Assembly: GCA_003971905.1 (NCBI GenBank)
Contig: RSEE01000073.1
Span: 248,001 to 312,000 of the forward strand
Length of the DNA: 64,000 bases
Direction: 5' to 3'
From: Moniliella sp. 'wahieum'
Taxonomy: Eukaryota
Shown here: in pieces, positions 39,747-49,979 of the stretch
Layout: every line of letters begins with the position of its first letter
Numbering within the stretch: the stretch's first letter is position 1
Notes under the pieces: model-generated
What the model saw: only the letters and a program-made list of their open reading frames with translations
The model's database searches: none
What the model was told of the DNA's origin: nothing
Translations under genes and position numbers: made by a program

Positions 39747-42494
39747 CGGAAGAGGAATGGACGCCATGCGCCGTACGAAGCGAGGGTGCGTTAGGGACGG
39801 TAGACGGGGGACGTTGGATGTGAGAGCGGACAGAGCAGGCAGGCCAAGGCGCAGGGCAGCACGGGGGCGCAGTGCGGCGGGAAGGGTGGGTGTGTGGGAT
39901 GCGCAGGGTCTGCAAATTGCGCCCTGCCTGCACGGGGCACCCCTCGCATCGCTGCCACCCCGGCACCACCCCAGCCTCGGCCTGAGTAAGCAGGGGCGCG
40001 GGGCGGATGGCGAGGCAGCAGCTAGGTAGCGCTCACCGCTCACCGCTCACCGCTCGCCTCGCCTCGGCAATCGCGGCAGCACCACAGCGCACCACCCCGC
40101 TTGCGCTAAGCTCCAAGGTTGGTGTGCAAGCAGCGCAGGCGCTGTCGGCGGATGGGCACAGGCGCAGTGTTGCGCAGGGCGGCGCACCGCGTCGGAAGCG
40201 CTCTGCGTTATGCGGCCGCCGTCCCACACGCTGTCCCACCGCCAACTCGCGCGTACTACTGCCGAACGCGTAGCCTCCCGACAAACCCAAACGCCCCGCC
40301 GCCCACATCCCACACCGCCTGCCTCCCACGCACCCTGCTGTACCCTACTCTCTGCAAGCGATGGCAGACAGCCTCCCACCAGCGCCCCAGCACGCCGCAG
40401 CCCCCCCCCGCCCCACCGCTCATCCCCGTGTACCGCGTGCTGGGTATCCTACGTACGTCGTCCACACCCACCGACCATCCCGCTCTGGCGGCGCTTGTCC
40501 AGTGCGGCAGCTTCGTATTCGCTATTCAGCCCTTGCGGCTCGGGTCTTCTTGTTGCGCAGTACGTTGCATGTCAGCATGTCAGGCATCATGCATCCAATG
40601 CATGGCACCCGGCCAGCAGCACCCGACCTGATACAAACAGGATAACAAACAAGCATCCCAGCACCCTGGCGCGCTACCGCCATATGGCCTTGTCCATCGG
40701 CGATCACCCCGATCATCCGTCGCTTCCCGATCCAGCGGACGCGAGCCCAGGCGCAACGCCCACATACATGTCCACACGCTCGTCTCCATTGAATCCAGTC
40801 CAAGCATGCTTCCAGCACACACCGCCGCACCCCCTTCGTATTGGCTACACCACACCGCACTGCCTGCTCCTGCTCACAACCCAATAACCGCTGGCCCTTG
40901 CCCCACACCGGAGCCATATGGTGTGACTGTGACAGCCGCCTTTTCAAAAGCCCTTGTGAATATAATACCAACGAGGTTGTCACAACATTCTGTTGCAGCA
41001 GTGCGCCCACCCACCCATTGGGTCCCTAGCTGAAAGCCACTGGAAGCCTTTGAAGCTGGACTGTAATAGAAGGTGCGTAGCAGCAGTGTGAGGCCATGTG
41101 AGGCCTGAGGGCCGGTGCGCCCCTCCCCAGCGTGGTGGGACGTGCACTGCACAGTGTATGGGCTGTCGCAACAAACGCACCGCATCATGCATCACGCAAG
41201 CCTCTGCAAATCGACGGGGTCTAGGATCGGAGAGATCTGAGATCTAACGCTGACATGGCTGACAGAGGATGGCTAGATGACTATTAGATGACTACCAAGG
41301 GCTATCGGACAGGCGGCCGCTTTCCCGGCTGCGTCGCCGCCTTTAGCCTGCCGGCCCAATACCCCGCCTGTCTTGTCAATCGTCCCGATGCCCAACAGAG
41401 TGCGATGCAGTGTTCCCAGAGCACAGCCAGACTCTGGCGCCCTGAAGCGTGACGCTGCGCTCCTTCTGGAAGCCGCGAGTGTGATCGCGTCTTGTCTTCC
41501 TCTCTTCTGACTAGCTGACTAGCTAACTCCTTCCTGCCCCTCCGCTTGTCCTGCGTTCTCTCACCGGTCGCCATCAGCAGTCCATAGTCCACCCCATCGA
41601 TCCTCGATCCTCTTCATCCGACCTCTTGCTTTTGACTGCCGTTCCGCTAGTTGGCATCTCGGGATCCAGGCATAGTGTCAAGGATGCATGACGATGCATG
41701 ATGCACGTAGGCCCACACCCTTATTCGCCCCCAAGGTTCGACGTTCAACGTGTGCAACGTCCTTTTAGCACTTAGCGCTTAGCAAGCGCTCTGCGTTCAG
41801 CCGCACCGCTCTGGCTCAGCGCCAGTGCGGCTCGCCGCCTCAGCGCCTCCGTAGCGGCATACGGCATGCATACTGCATGCTGCGTACCCCAACAAACAAA
41901 AAACAAACAAACAAATGGCTGCTGCGCTGCTTAACCCTACGTTTTCGCCCGAAGAACAGGACGCAGCGACGGAACGACGGAACGACACCACTGCACCGGT
42001 ACAGTCATCGATCATCACACATCGATCATCGGTCGTCTGCATCATGCTTTCCCCAACACACGCGGTTGCGGTGGGTATGTGCATCGCTCGATCGAGTACT
42101 GCGTGCATGCACGTGATACTGATGCAGAGGGACATGGGGACACGGTGCACCACGTGCAAGCCGCGCTAGCTACACTTGACGGTCGGTGGGATACACGCGA
42201 TCCGCGTTATATAGGCCTTTTGGAGGCCTTCTTTACTTTGCGCGCGTAGGTACACGAGTAGGCCTTAAATCCGGACACACCACAGACCCTCCCGTATCCG
42301 TACCCCCTCCCATCTTCCATCTGACCTGCGGCCGCATAATGCATGCGCGACAGAACCAACGACAAAAGAGGGCGTCCCATATGGTTGTCACATGTCACAC
42401 GTAACGGTGCGTTATAGTGTTGTACGCAATAAGAACACACGCCGATGAGATCATCCGTTATTCTCTCATCCACCAGAAATGACCAGTAGGACAC

Positions 42495-42794
42495 TGTCAC
42501 CGAATGACTAAGCTCGCTCCAATTTCCAATTCCGCATCCTGTGTCTCTCGCTCTTCCCTTCCCTTTTGCTTCTGTTCTCTGCCTGATGCCTTCTGTTCCT
42601 CCCACGAACGATCTTGCCTTTCCCCCCGCCTCTGACAGGACCTTGGTCTCCCTCGTTTAGCCCCGACTGTTACATTATCGTTCGTGGGAGGAACAGAAGG
42701 CATCAGGCAGAGAACAGAAGCAAAAGGGAAGGGAAGAGCGAGAGACACAGGATGCGGAATTGGAAATTGGAGCGAGCTTAGTCATTCGGTGACA
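42495..42794. mobile_element. 300-bp fold-back (MITE-like) element, perfect 118-bp TIRs, TG...CA ends, 5-bp TSD GACAC
   Basis: Arms 42495-42612 and 42677-42794 are exact reverse complements; 64-bp spacer; GACAC at 42490-42494 and 42795-42799. Confidence 0.92.
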
Positions 42795-43553
42795 GACACC
42801 GGAAGTGTTCTCTTCCTGTACAAGTACTCCACCATGCAACAACGCTCCACCTTTTCAGCTTGAAGCTTCTCCACGTCTTCCAAGGTATCCAGCATCTGAA
42901 CTTGAGCCTTCAAGCTTTTCATCGTTCTCATGTTTTGAATGTGCAACAGCTGTGCCTCACCTTCCGCGCACCCGTGCCGGAACAAGCACAGCTGTAAATA
43001 TAAGCGGCACAGCCACGCGTATCGCAGCAGAGTAGAACGGCGGCGTACTCGCGGTCACTGGCACCGGCGTCGGTCACCTCCATCCTCTTCGATCTGAGAA
43101 TCTCATTACTATCACGTTCATCACGTTCACCGCTCTCTGATCTCTGATCTCATCGATCTTCCGAGATAGCTCAACATGTTCACAACGTTCTCAACGCTCT
43201 CATCAACGTATCATATATCAACCCTATACCCACATCCATATATAGCACAGCCTTATCCAGCAAAAACCCATTACATGCATCTCGCTATGGTGCGGAGCTC
43301 TCAGGCTGTGAGCGCTGGCTGAGAACAGGTGGCTCCACACTTTCCATGCTGGTGCACATGCTGACGTATGGGAGCCGCATGTGTGTAAACATCACCACGG
43401 CAGAGCTCCGAAAGGCGAAAAAGGCTCTGCGCAAAACCAGTTTATACACACGGGGTTCTTGCGAAAGCGTCTGACCGATCTGATCCACAGCCTTCCACAG
43501 CCCGGCCGTCTCCCGACTGTGATGTGCGACGCGTGACCGTCCGTGTCACTGGC

Positions 43554-43605
43554 CACTAGTCACTAGTCACTAGTCCACTAGTCACTAGTGAAGCTTGAAG
43601 CTTGA
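43554..43605. repeat. Tandem palindromic heptamers, (CACTAGT)n then (GAAGCTT)n
   Basis: Read directly from the sequence. Confidence 0.9.
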
Positions 43606-43731
43606 AGTCGCTCGCGACATCCGGTACAGTGAAACCCAAGCCCAAACAAACATTTGTCGCACCTTTGCCGCAATCATTAATCATTAATCAACGAACCCCA
43701 CCCAAAGCCTCAAAGCCTCCAACGCGCCTCG

Positions 43732-43782
43732 TTTGGAGATATGGCTTTTTGGAGATATGGCTTTTTGGAGATGTGGCTTTGG
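43732..43782. repeat. Three copies of a 16-bp unit TTTGGAGATATGGCTT
   Basis: Read directly; third copy has a substitution. Confidence 0.85.
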
Positions 43783-44499
43783 TTCGGGTGCTATAGGGAC
43801 AGACACGCTGACAAGAATCACACATCACGAATAACTTGCATGTGTCAACATATATGTCAACACACTTCTTTTTCACAACATTATCTGGTGATTTTCTTGT
43901 TAGGAAAACATGCTGCACTGAACACTGAACACACTTTAATCATCCGAAGAACGGCAGGGTGTTGCGGACGGTGGCTTGGATGGAGGAGTACATGTTTCGG
44001 TATAGTATCTGGGTTTCCGTATGGAGGCTGCCGACGATCCGTTGAAATGCTTGAGAAGGAGTTCAAGGGGGCGCACTCCGGAAGGGATGGTACATGAGGC
44101 CTGAGGTGTGCATCGAGCCCATGAGACATCCGCGCCACCAGCGCCACGAGCTTGCAATACGAGACGCCAACTCCGTATAACCTTCCACATCGCACTGTGA
44201 GTACTGAGTATTGAACCTTGAGCACTGTCATCGCCAGGACTGGCACAGTGTGTATTGATTCTGGCGGTATAGAAAGAGGGACGCGTGGTGGTGAGAGTAC
44301 CTTTGGTCCGGCGATGGTAGTGAACGTTGACACAGTATAAGCCTCTCAGACGGATTCACGCATACTTTTCTTCAACACACACGCGCCTCAGCAGAGCGCT
44401 CTCAGCAGAAGCGTTGAACGTTGACATGACTCGGTCAATACTCTTATTTGGAGCTGTATAGAGGGCATATCATCTCGATGTTGGCACGGGGCGGTCGCA

Positions 44500-45960
44500 T
44501 CCTCTCCTGACACAGCTCCCCATTCCATATTGGCCTTCTCTCATCGAAATAGTTCCTGTACGACTATAGTGAGAGGAAGTCAGCGGACGGAAGAGTTGAT
44601 ATATCCATTTGCTGCGAATATCCTCCATGGCCGCATGCATACACAGGATGAGCCCAACGCTACATAGGATGCTTCTCGTTCCCATTTTCCTCAGGCTTTT
44701 TAGCGACACCCATTTATGTTCTTGAGCCGACAGCGCAGCGCTTAGCACTCTTAAAAGGAAGCGCACCCAGTCATGCCTGCCAAGACGCCGCCGGTGGAGT
44801 CACGCACCCGTGGCGAGCCCCGCTGAGGTAGACCTGGCACCTGAGACGCCCTACTGAACGGGATCGGGACCAGATTTAGGAAGAAGGAAGGGGTCATTCT
44901 CCTAGGTCCTTGCGTATGGGAGGTGAGGATTGTCGCCGATCGTGATTTCGGGACTAGGTCGACAGCCTGAGGCCGGAGATATGCCCAAATTTGCTGGCAT
45001 AAACACCGTTCAGGGACTCCTCTTACCGTATGGAAGTACTTTACTCACAATACCACAAGCTGCGCCCGCTGCTCCGCACCATAGAAGTGGAGTGCGATCT
45101 GGATGATGTGCTTCACCGAGATTGACACTTTCATCTACTCTGCCGAGAGTTTCGACGGATGCGAGGGAACGAAATTCCTCAAGATAGGAAGAACGATCAT
45201 TATGACATTATGCTCGTGAGCACACATATTCGATGAATGTTGGGGGAGGATGAGATTGCCCGCTCTACTCGTACATTGCGCCCCACGCACACGTCCGTGG
45301 CCCACGAGATCAACGACTATTTGATCACCACTTTTGTTGCCCCCACGCACGCATAAACCCCGGACGCATTTACGACATAGCGCAGGCGCTGTTCAAAGAG
45401 AGGTGGGAGGAGGAAAGCAGGCGCAGGAACTACGCTAGAAGCTCCACGGGCCCGATGGTGGCAATTTGGTCGAGCACAGCAATGCGTTTAACTACACTAC
45501 CGACCCCTTTTTGATAGTGTACACGTCATCAATATCCATGGTGGCAGTGATGTCGCTGATGTCAGAAACCTTAATTATTCTGACATCGAGGATGTCAGCG
45601 CCATCTCGGCTCTCCCTAGCGATCCTGAGGTCAAGGATGCGAGTGAGGTCAAATCTGTTGTCGGCGATCACAACGACATCAGTGCCATCAGTCTTCAAGC
45701 TTCAACGTTCAAAAGCAAAAGGCAATGGTCCCTGGATCTGCTTATGCAACCTCGATGGTGGCCGGTCAGAGGGGCACCCTCGCATCGTATCTTTGTGCGA
45801 TGGCCCCGTGTTCCGCCGCTGTTCCGCCTCCTTGGGTGTGTTTGCCGCGTATTCGCTGCTTCGCCACAGTTGACCAGCGATGGGCCAGACATTCATCGAT
45901 CACACCACTACTTTTCTTTGCATCTCGTCCAACTGAGCGATCTGTGGGCGACCGCTATGC
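44500..45960 (-). pseudogene. Degenerate relic A of an unidentified gene family (boundaries approximate)
   Basis: CPSDRPPSRLHKQIQGPLPF and DNRFDLTRILDLRIAR..SRDGADI match the relic at about 50.0-51.8 kb; multiple stops. Confidence 0.5.
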
Positions 45961-46288
45961 GCCTCACTAGGAAACCACCGCGCCCACGGCCCGGTCTGCT
46001 GAGGCTTCGCCCCAGCCTGTTGGGCTGGGTCACCGTTGCCACCGTAGCCGCCGTTCCACTGGTCCACCGGTCCACCGTTCCACGCTGGAACCCTTCCACG
46101 CTGGAGAGACGAAATAATATCACCAACGAGGAGACCACCGGGCCTACGGCCACGTCAGCTGGGGCTTCGCCCCAGCTCGGTGCTTGGCCGCCCCTTAGCC
46201 ACCGTTCCCCCTAGAGATACGCGCTGGCTTGGTGTGCTAGAGTGCGACTTGGGAGCACTCGCGATCCTACGGATCAGCTGCAAAGCAG

Positions 46289-46439
46289 CCTTCAGACAAG
46301 CGTGAAGGCAAAGTGGTGAGCCACAAGTCTTCAAGCAACGTCTCATTGAGGAGCAACAGGTCAAGAAAGGAAGCAGAGGCGTACCTTCAGACAAGGCGTG
46401 AAGGCAAAGTGGTGAGCCACAAGTCTTCAAGCAACGTCT
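46289..46439. repeat. Direct repeat of about 55 bp, two copies
   Basis: CCTTCAGACAAG(G)CGTGAAGG...GCAACGTCT at 46289-46343 and 46384-46439. Confidence 0.9.
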
Positions 46440-46717
46440 GAAGGGAAGGAGAAGGAGAGAGAGAAGGGAGATGGAGCGAGCAGGGCGTGCGCGGCCTGCG
46501 AGCGGAACGCTTCCGCTCGGCTAGGCGAGCATCACCGATCCATTGAGGGCCGCGCAGGAGAACCCTAGCAGCACCCTCTAACATGGTGGACTGGAACGTG
46601 GCACGCGTCAGCTGATGTAAAAGTGTACAGGGGCGTTTCCCACATTTCCCATTTTTTCACCCGCCTCATGTAGTCGAAGAGTACTAGAGTACTGGTGGAG
46701 CTAGTGTAGCGGCTAGC

Positions 46718-46784
46718 GAAGCTTGAAGCTTGAAGCTTGAAGCTTGAAGCTTGAAGCTTGAAGCTTGAAGCTTGAAGCTTGAAG
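46718..46784. repeat. (GAAGCTT)9 array
   Basis: Nine perfect copies at 46718-46780 plus GAAG. Confidence 0.97.
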
Positions 46785-47000
46785 AGCTAGTGAAGCGAAG
46801 CTTGAAGAGAGTAGAGATCTGAGAATCGCAGTAGGCGATCAGTCGATGGCGCCGCAGGCAGCAGGGTTGTACTGGTGCTCTCATGCGGCCCTGTGCGGCG
46901 CCAGTACAGGGGCTGTGTAGTGTAAGGTGCATCCCAAAGCATCTAAATACGATGGGCGTGAGAAAAATGGTCTCGTCGGTCTGAGCAAACGAGCAACTCA

Positions 47001-47270
47001 TGTAACGCCGCAGGCGCAGACCGCGTACCGGAAGGTGTTGCGCGATCAGGTGGCTCGTTCTTTGGCCAATGTCCCTTCAGTTCCTCCTCAGGCCTAGGAG
47101 TTCCGTTGTTTTTCTCTCCTGTTTTTCCTTGTTCCGCAGCTTAGCCCCTGGTGGCGACTCGCTGCTTAATGTTCCTCTGTAGTAGGCGTTGTTGGTTGGC
47201 TTAGACCATTACCACCCACTAGTGCGATTGCATCACCTTCGAGGACCATCTGGACTCCAGCTCTCATCAG
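47001..47270 (+). mobile_element. LTR-like fragment sharing a module of about 220 bp with solo LTR copy 1
   Basis: Begins TGTAACG; 47050-47269 is homologous to 14926-15142. Confidence 0.6.
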
Positions 47271-47595
47271 AAGGCGGCACATGAGAGCACCGCGACGCCT
47301 TTAAAGCTCTGTCAATGATAGGGATGCAGTATAGAGAAAACTAGTAACTCCACTCCTCCTCTCACTGGCATGGTTCGGTGTAATCGTAATCTAATGTCCT
47401 TGACCCAAGTTGCAACACACGGTGTTGAGCAACCGGGTGCCTCCTTTGTTTTGGCCAACGTCTCCAATCGCCAAGTGGTGCCCCAGTAGGGTAAAGACGT
47501 AGTGCAAAAGCGCGGAACCTTCCTGGTCATTCCTTCCAATACTCCTTCCTGGAAGGCACAGGAGTATTCTCTAGCCTCTGTATTTTCTTGACTCT

Positions 47596-48805
47596 TGTTA
47601 CGAGGCGCCCCGGTGTCTCCCGACGCAGAGCCTCGCATGTCATAGGCATCTCTTACTAGCACGTCAGTCTCTACATAGGCTAGCAAGAGAGAGCTTATCT
47701 ATCCATGCAGCTGGGATCCTTCGCAGCCCGCTCAATATGGGCGCATGGGTACTGTTATGGGGCGCTCCGGTCATCTCTCCGGACACCGAGCCCCGCATGT
47801 CGTATAGAACCCTCATCGACGCACACGCCATTCCCACGACACTTGTGAGTAAAAGCCAGCACGGACGACTTGCCACGGATGTTTTCCGCGGAGTGCCAGG
47901 AGAGGACCGGACTTAACGGTACGATGCTTCGTATCAGCGGCATCCGGTCTTGATAGAACTCCACATCGACTACGGCCCCCCCCGGCTCGCAGTCTGGACA
48001 GAACATGCCGCCCTTTTCCGTTTACTACTGTAGATTCCCCTTCCTTCTGTTGACGCCAGTTGTGATGTTACGATATATAAGCAGTCGGTCGGAGGCTTGC
48101 TGGCGGTGATCCTCACCGTTGGGCCCCCACGTCAACCCCCGTCTATACTCCCGACTTCCCTCTTCAAGCTTCACTCCTCACCGTTATACGCTTACGAATT
48201 TACGACTTACGTCGAGCACTCTGCAAGTCGCGGTTACTATCAGTAGCACTTGCTCTTATTTAGGACTCTGTCTGTTCCCGCCAACTATAGCGTACCAAGT
48301 GTGGTAGCGCTGCGAGGAACGGAGTAACTCCGGAGACCCTAGACCCCGTTTTCAATTGGTCTACGACTTACGAACACGGCTCCTACCTCGGAGGGTCTGA
48401 GCTGCGGCCTTTATTGCACGCAGGCAGCCGCCCAAACTAGAGGGTCTCTCCCTTGCCTCTATACCCGCTCGGTTCAACCAGGATCTGAAGCAGGACCTAA
48501 CGTACGTAAATTTAATGCCATGTCCAAGGGCTTTCACCCCTGAATTCAGGGGTCGAGCTCCGTCTCGGGGCTCGCCCCATGATAGGTACGATGCTTTTTG
48601 TTCCCATTGCGCCCACAGTCTTGGCAGAACCCTTTGTCTGCTGCGCCCCCTACCGGACCGCGGACTTGACAGAACAAACTGCGCTTTATGCCTTACTACT
48701 GTAGCTCTCTTGCTAGGCATGTATTGGAGACTGATGACGTGTTTGGAAGAGATGCCTATGACATGTGTGGCTCCCCGTCGAGAGACACCGGAGCGTCCCA
48801 TAACA
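47596..48805. mobile_element. Element with diverged inverted termini of about 100 bp related to the LTR 5' end, interrupted by solo LTR copy 2
   Basis: TGTTACGAGG... versus ...CCCATAACA; flanks ACTCT and GCTCT. Confidence 0.7.
47753..48584 (+). mobile_element. Solo LTR, copy 2, with 5-bp TSD GGTAC
   Basis: TGTTATGGGG...CCCCATGATA (terminal CA changed to TA); GGTAC at 47748-47752 and 48585-48589; homologous to 14688-15757. Confidence 0.88.
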
Positions 48806-49979
48806 GCTCTGTAGCTCATCCGCTCATGTGCAAAATGCAATACACCGTCAACCGCGTCAACTGCCTGCTCTCTGGTCTTTCACATCATTATTCAGCCCAC
48901 CGGACACGGTTCCATGCGCTAGTATGTCCGTCGAAGCGGACGGTGCACTACACAGTGCAAGTACTTGCGCTATGTGTGGCAGTTGCAGCACGGTTCCATG
49001 TGGCGTATACCAGGCCAAGTGCCAGTCGCCAAGTGGCACCACAGTAGGGTAAAAGGGCAGCCTAAGGGACCCTTCCTTATCATTCCTTCCAACATTCCTT
49101 CCTGGAGGGCAGGAGTATATTCTCTAGCCTCTACTGTATTAGCTCTCATGTGCAAATGTTTAGTAGCACTCGTAGCAGTTATTAAAGGCGAGGCCAGCTC
49201 TTACTCATCCCACCTCCTGAACGCTTTCGGACCCCGCAAGTCTCGATATGACTCCCATCAGACCCGGGTGGATATTTTGATGACAGCCACTGGCCTAGCG
49301 AGGCAACCAGTCTGGATCCAGGACCAGCAGGACGACATCCGCGCACACCCCGGCCATACGTTTGTTCACCTCCAAGCCGACTTCCAAGCCGGGGCCAGCC
49401 GCCTGTTGGAGAGCATGACGTGCCCGGCACCCCATGTGAAGGGCCATGATCCGACTCCAAGATCAGGTCGCAGACGTCCGCGAGGCCCTCGGTGGAGTAA
49501 ACGAAATGCAACATGAACTCCATGAAGCCCAAAACGGAAAGTTCTTCATGAGATCATGACGCGGACGGCCACGTCGCAGGCCAGTGCGAGTCAAGATGAA
49601 GAAACGCGGACTGGAGATGATGTTGGCCAAGTCCGCAGCCCTATGTCTGTAAGCCTCCAACATTTTTCATCTTCAGATGATTAAGGCTGACCACAGCATC
49701 TTTTCCGTTTAACCGCATTTTTTTTGCAACGCAAAAACAGCTAGTCATGTGTTGAATGAAGGCGCCTGAGAAGCGTCTCATCTCTAGGAGCCTTCTGTGC
49801 GGTGTGTCCTATCTATCTTAATCGCTCGAGACCCAGCTTTCTCTCTGACAAAAGAAGAAGAAAGGAAGGTTGGGCTGAACAGGAATGGGCCAAAACTCAC
49901 GCTGTCAGACCGAGGCCTCCTGGCACCGTTATCGATGCTGTAAAGGGTGCCTAGGCCAAGAAAAGTACGGGCAAGCATA

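Noticed and set aside
42490..42799. The fold-back element as the source of the heptamer footprints
   Set aside because: Its TSD GACAC and the other TSDs (TATTG, GGTAC, ACTCT) do not fit NNT(C/G)A, so the sequence gives no direct link.
46289..46784. Repeat arrays as a CRISPR locus
   Set aside because: Eukaryotic context, no unique spacers between multiple repeats, no cas genes.
43585..46797. CTAGTGAAGC at both ends as the TSD of a 3.2-kb element
   Set aside because: No terminal inverted repeats, and both copies are explained by the heptamer arrays.
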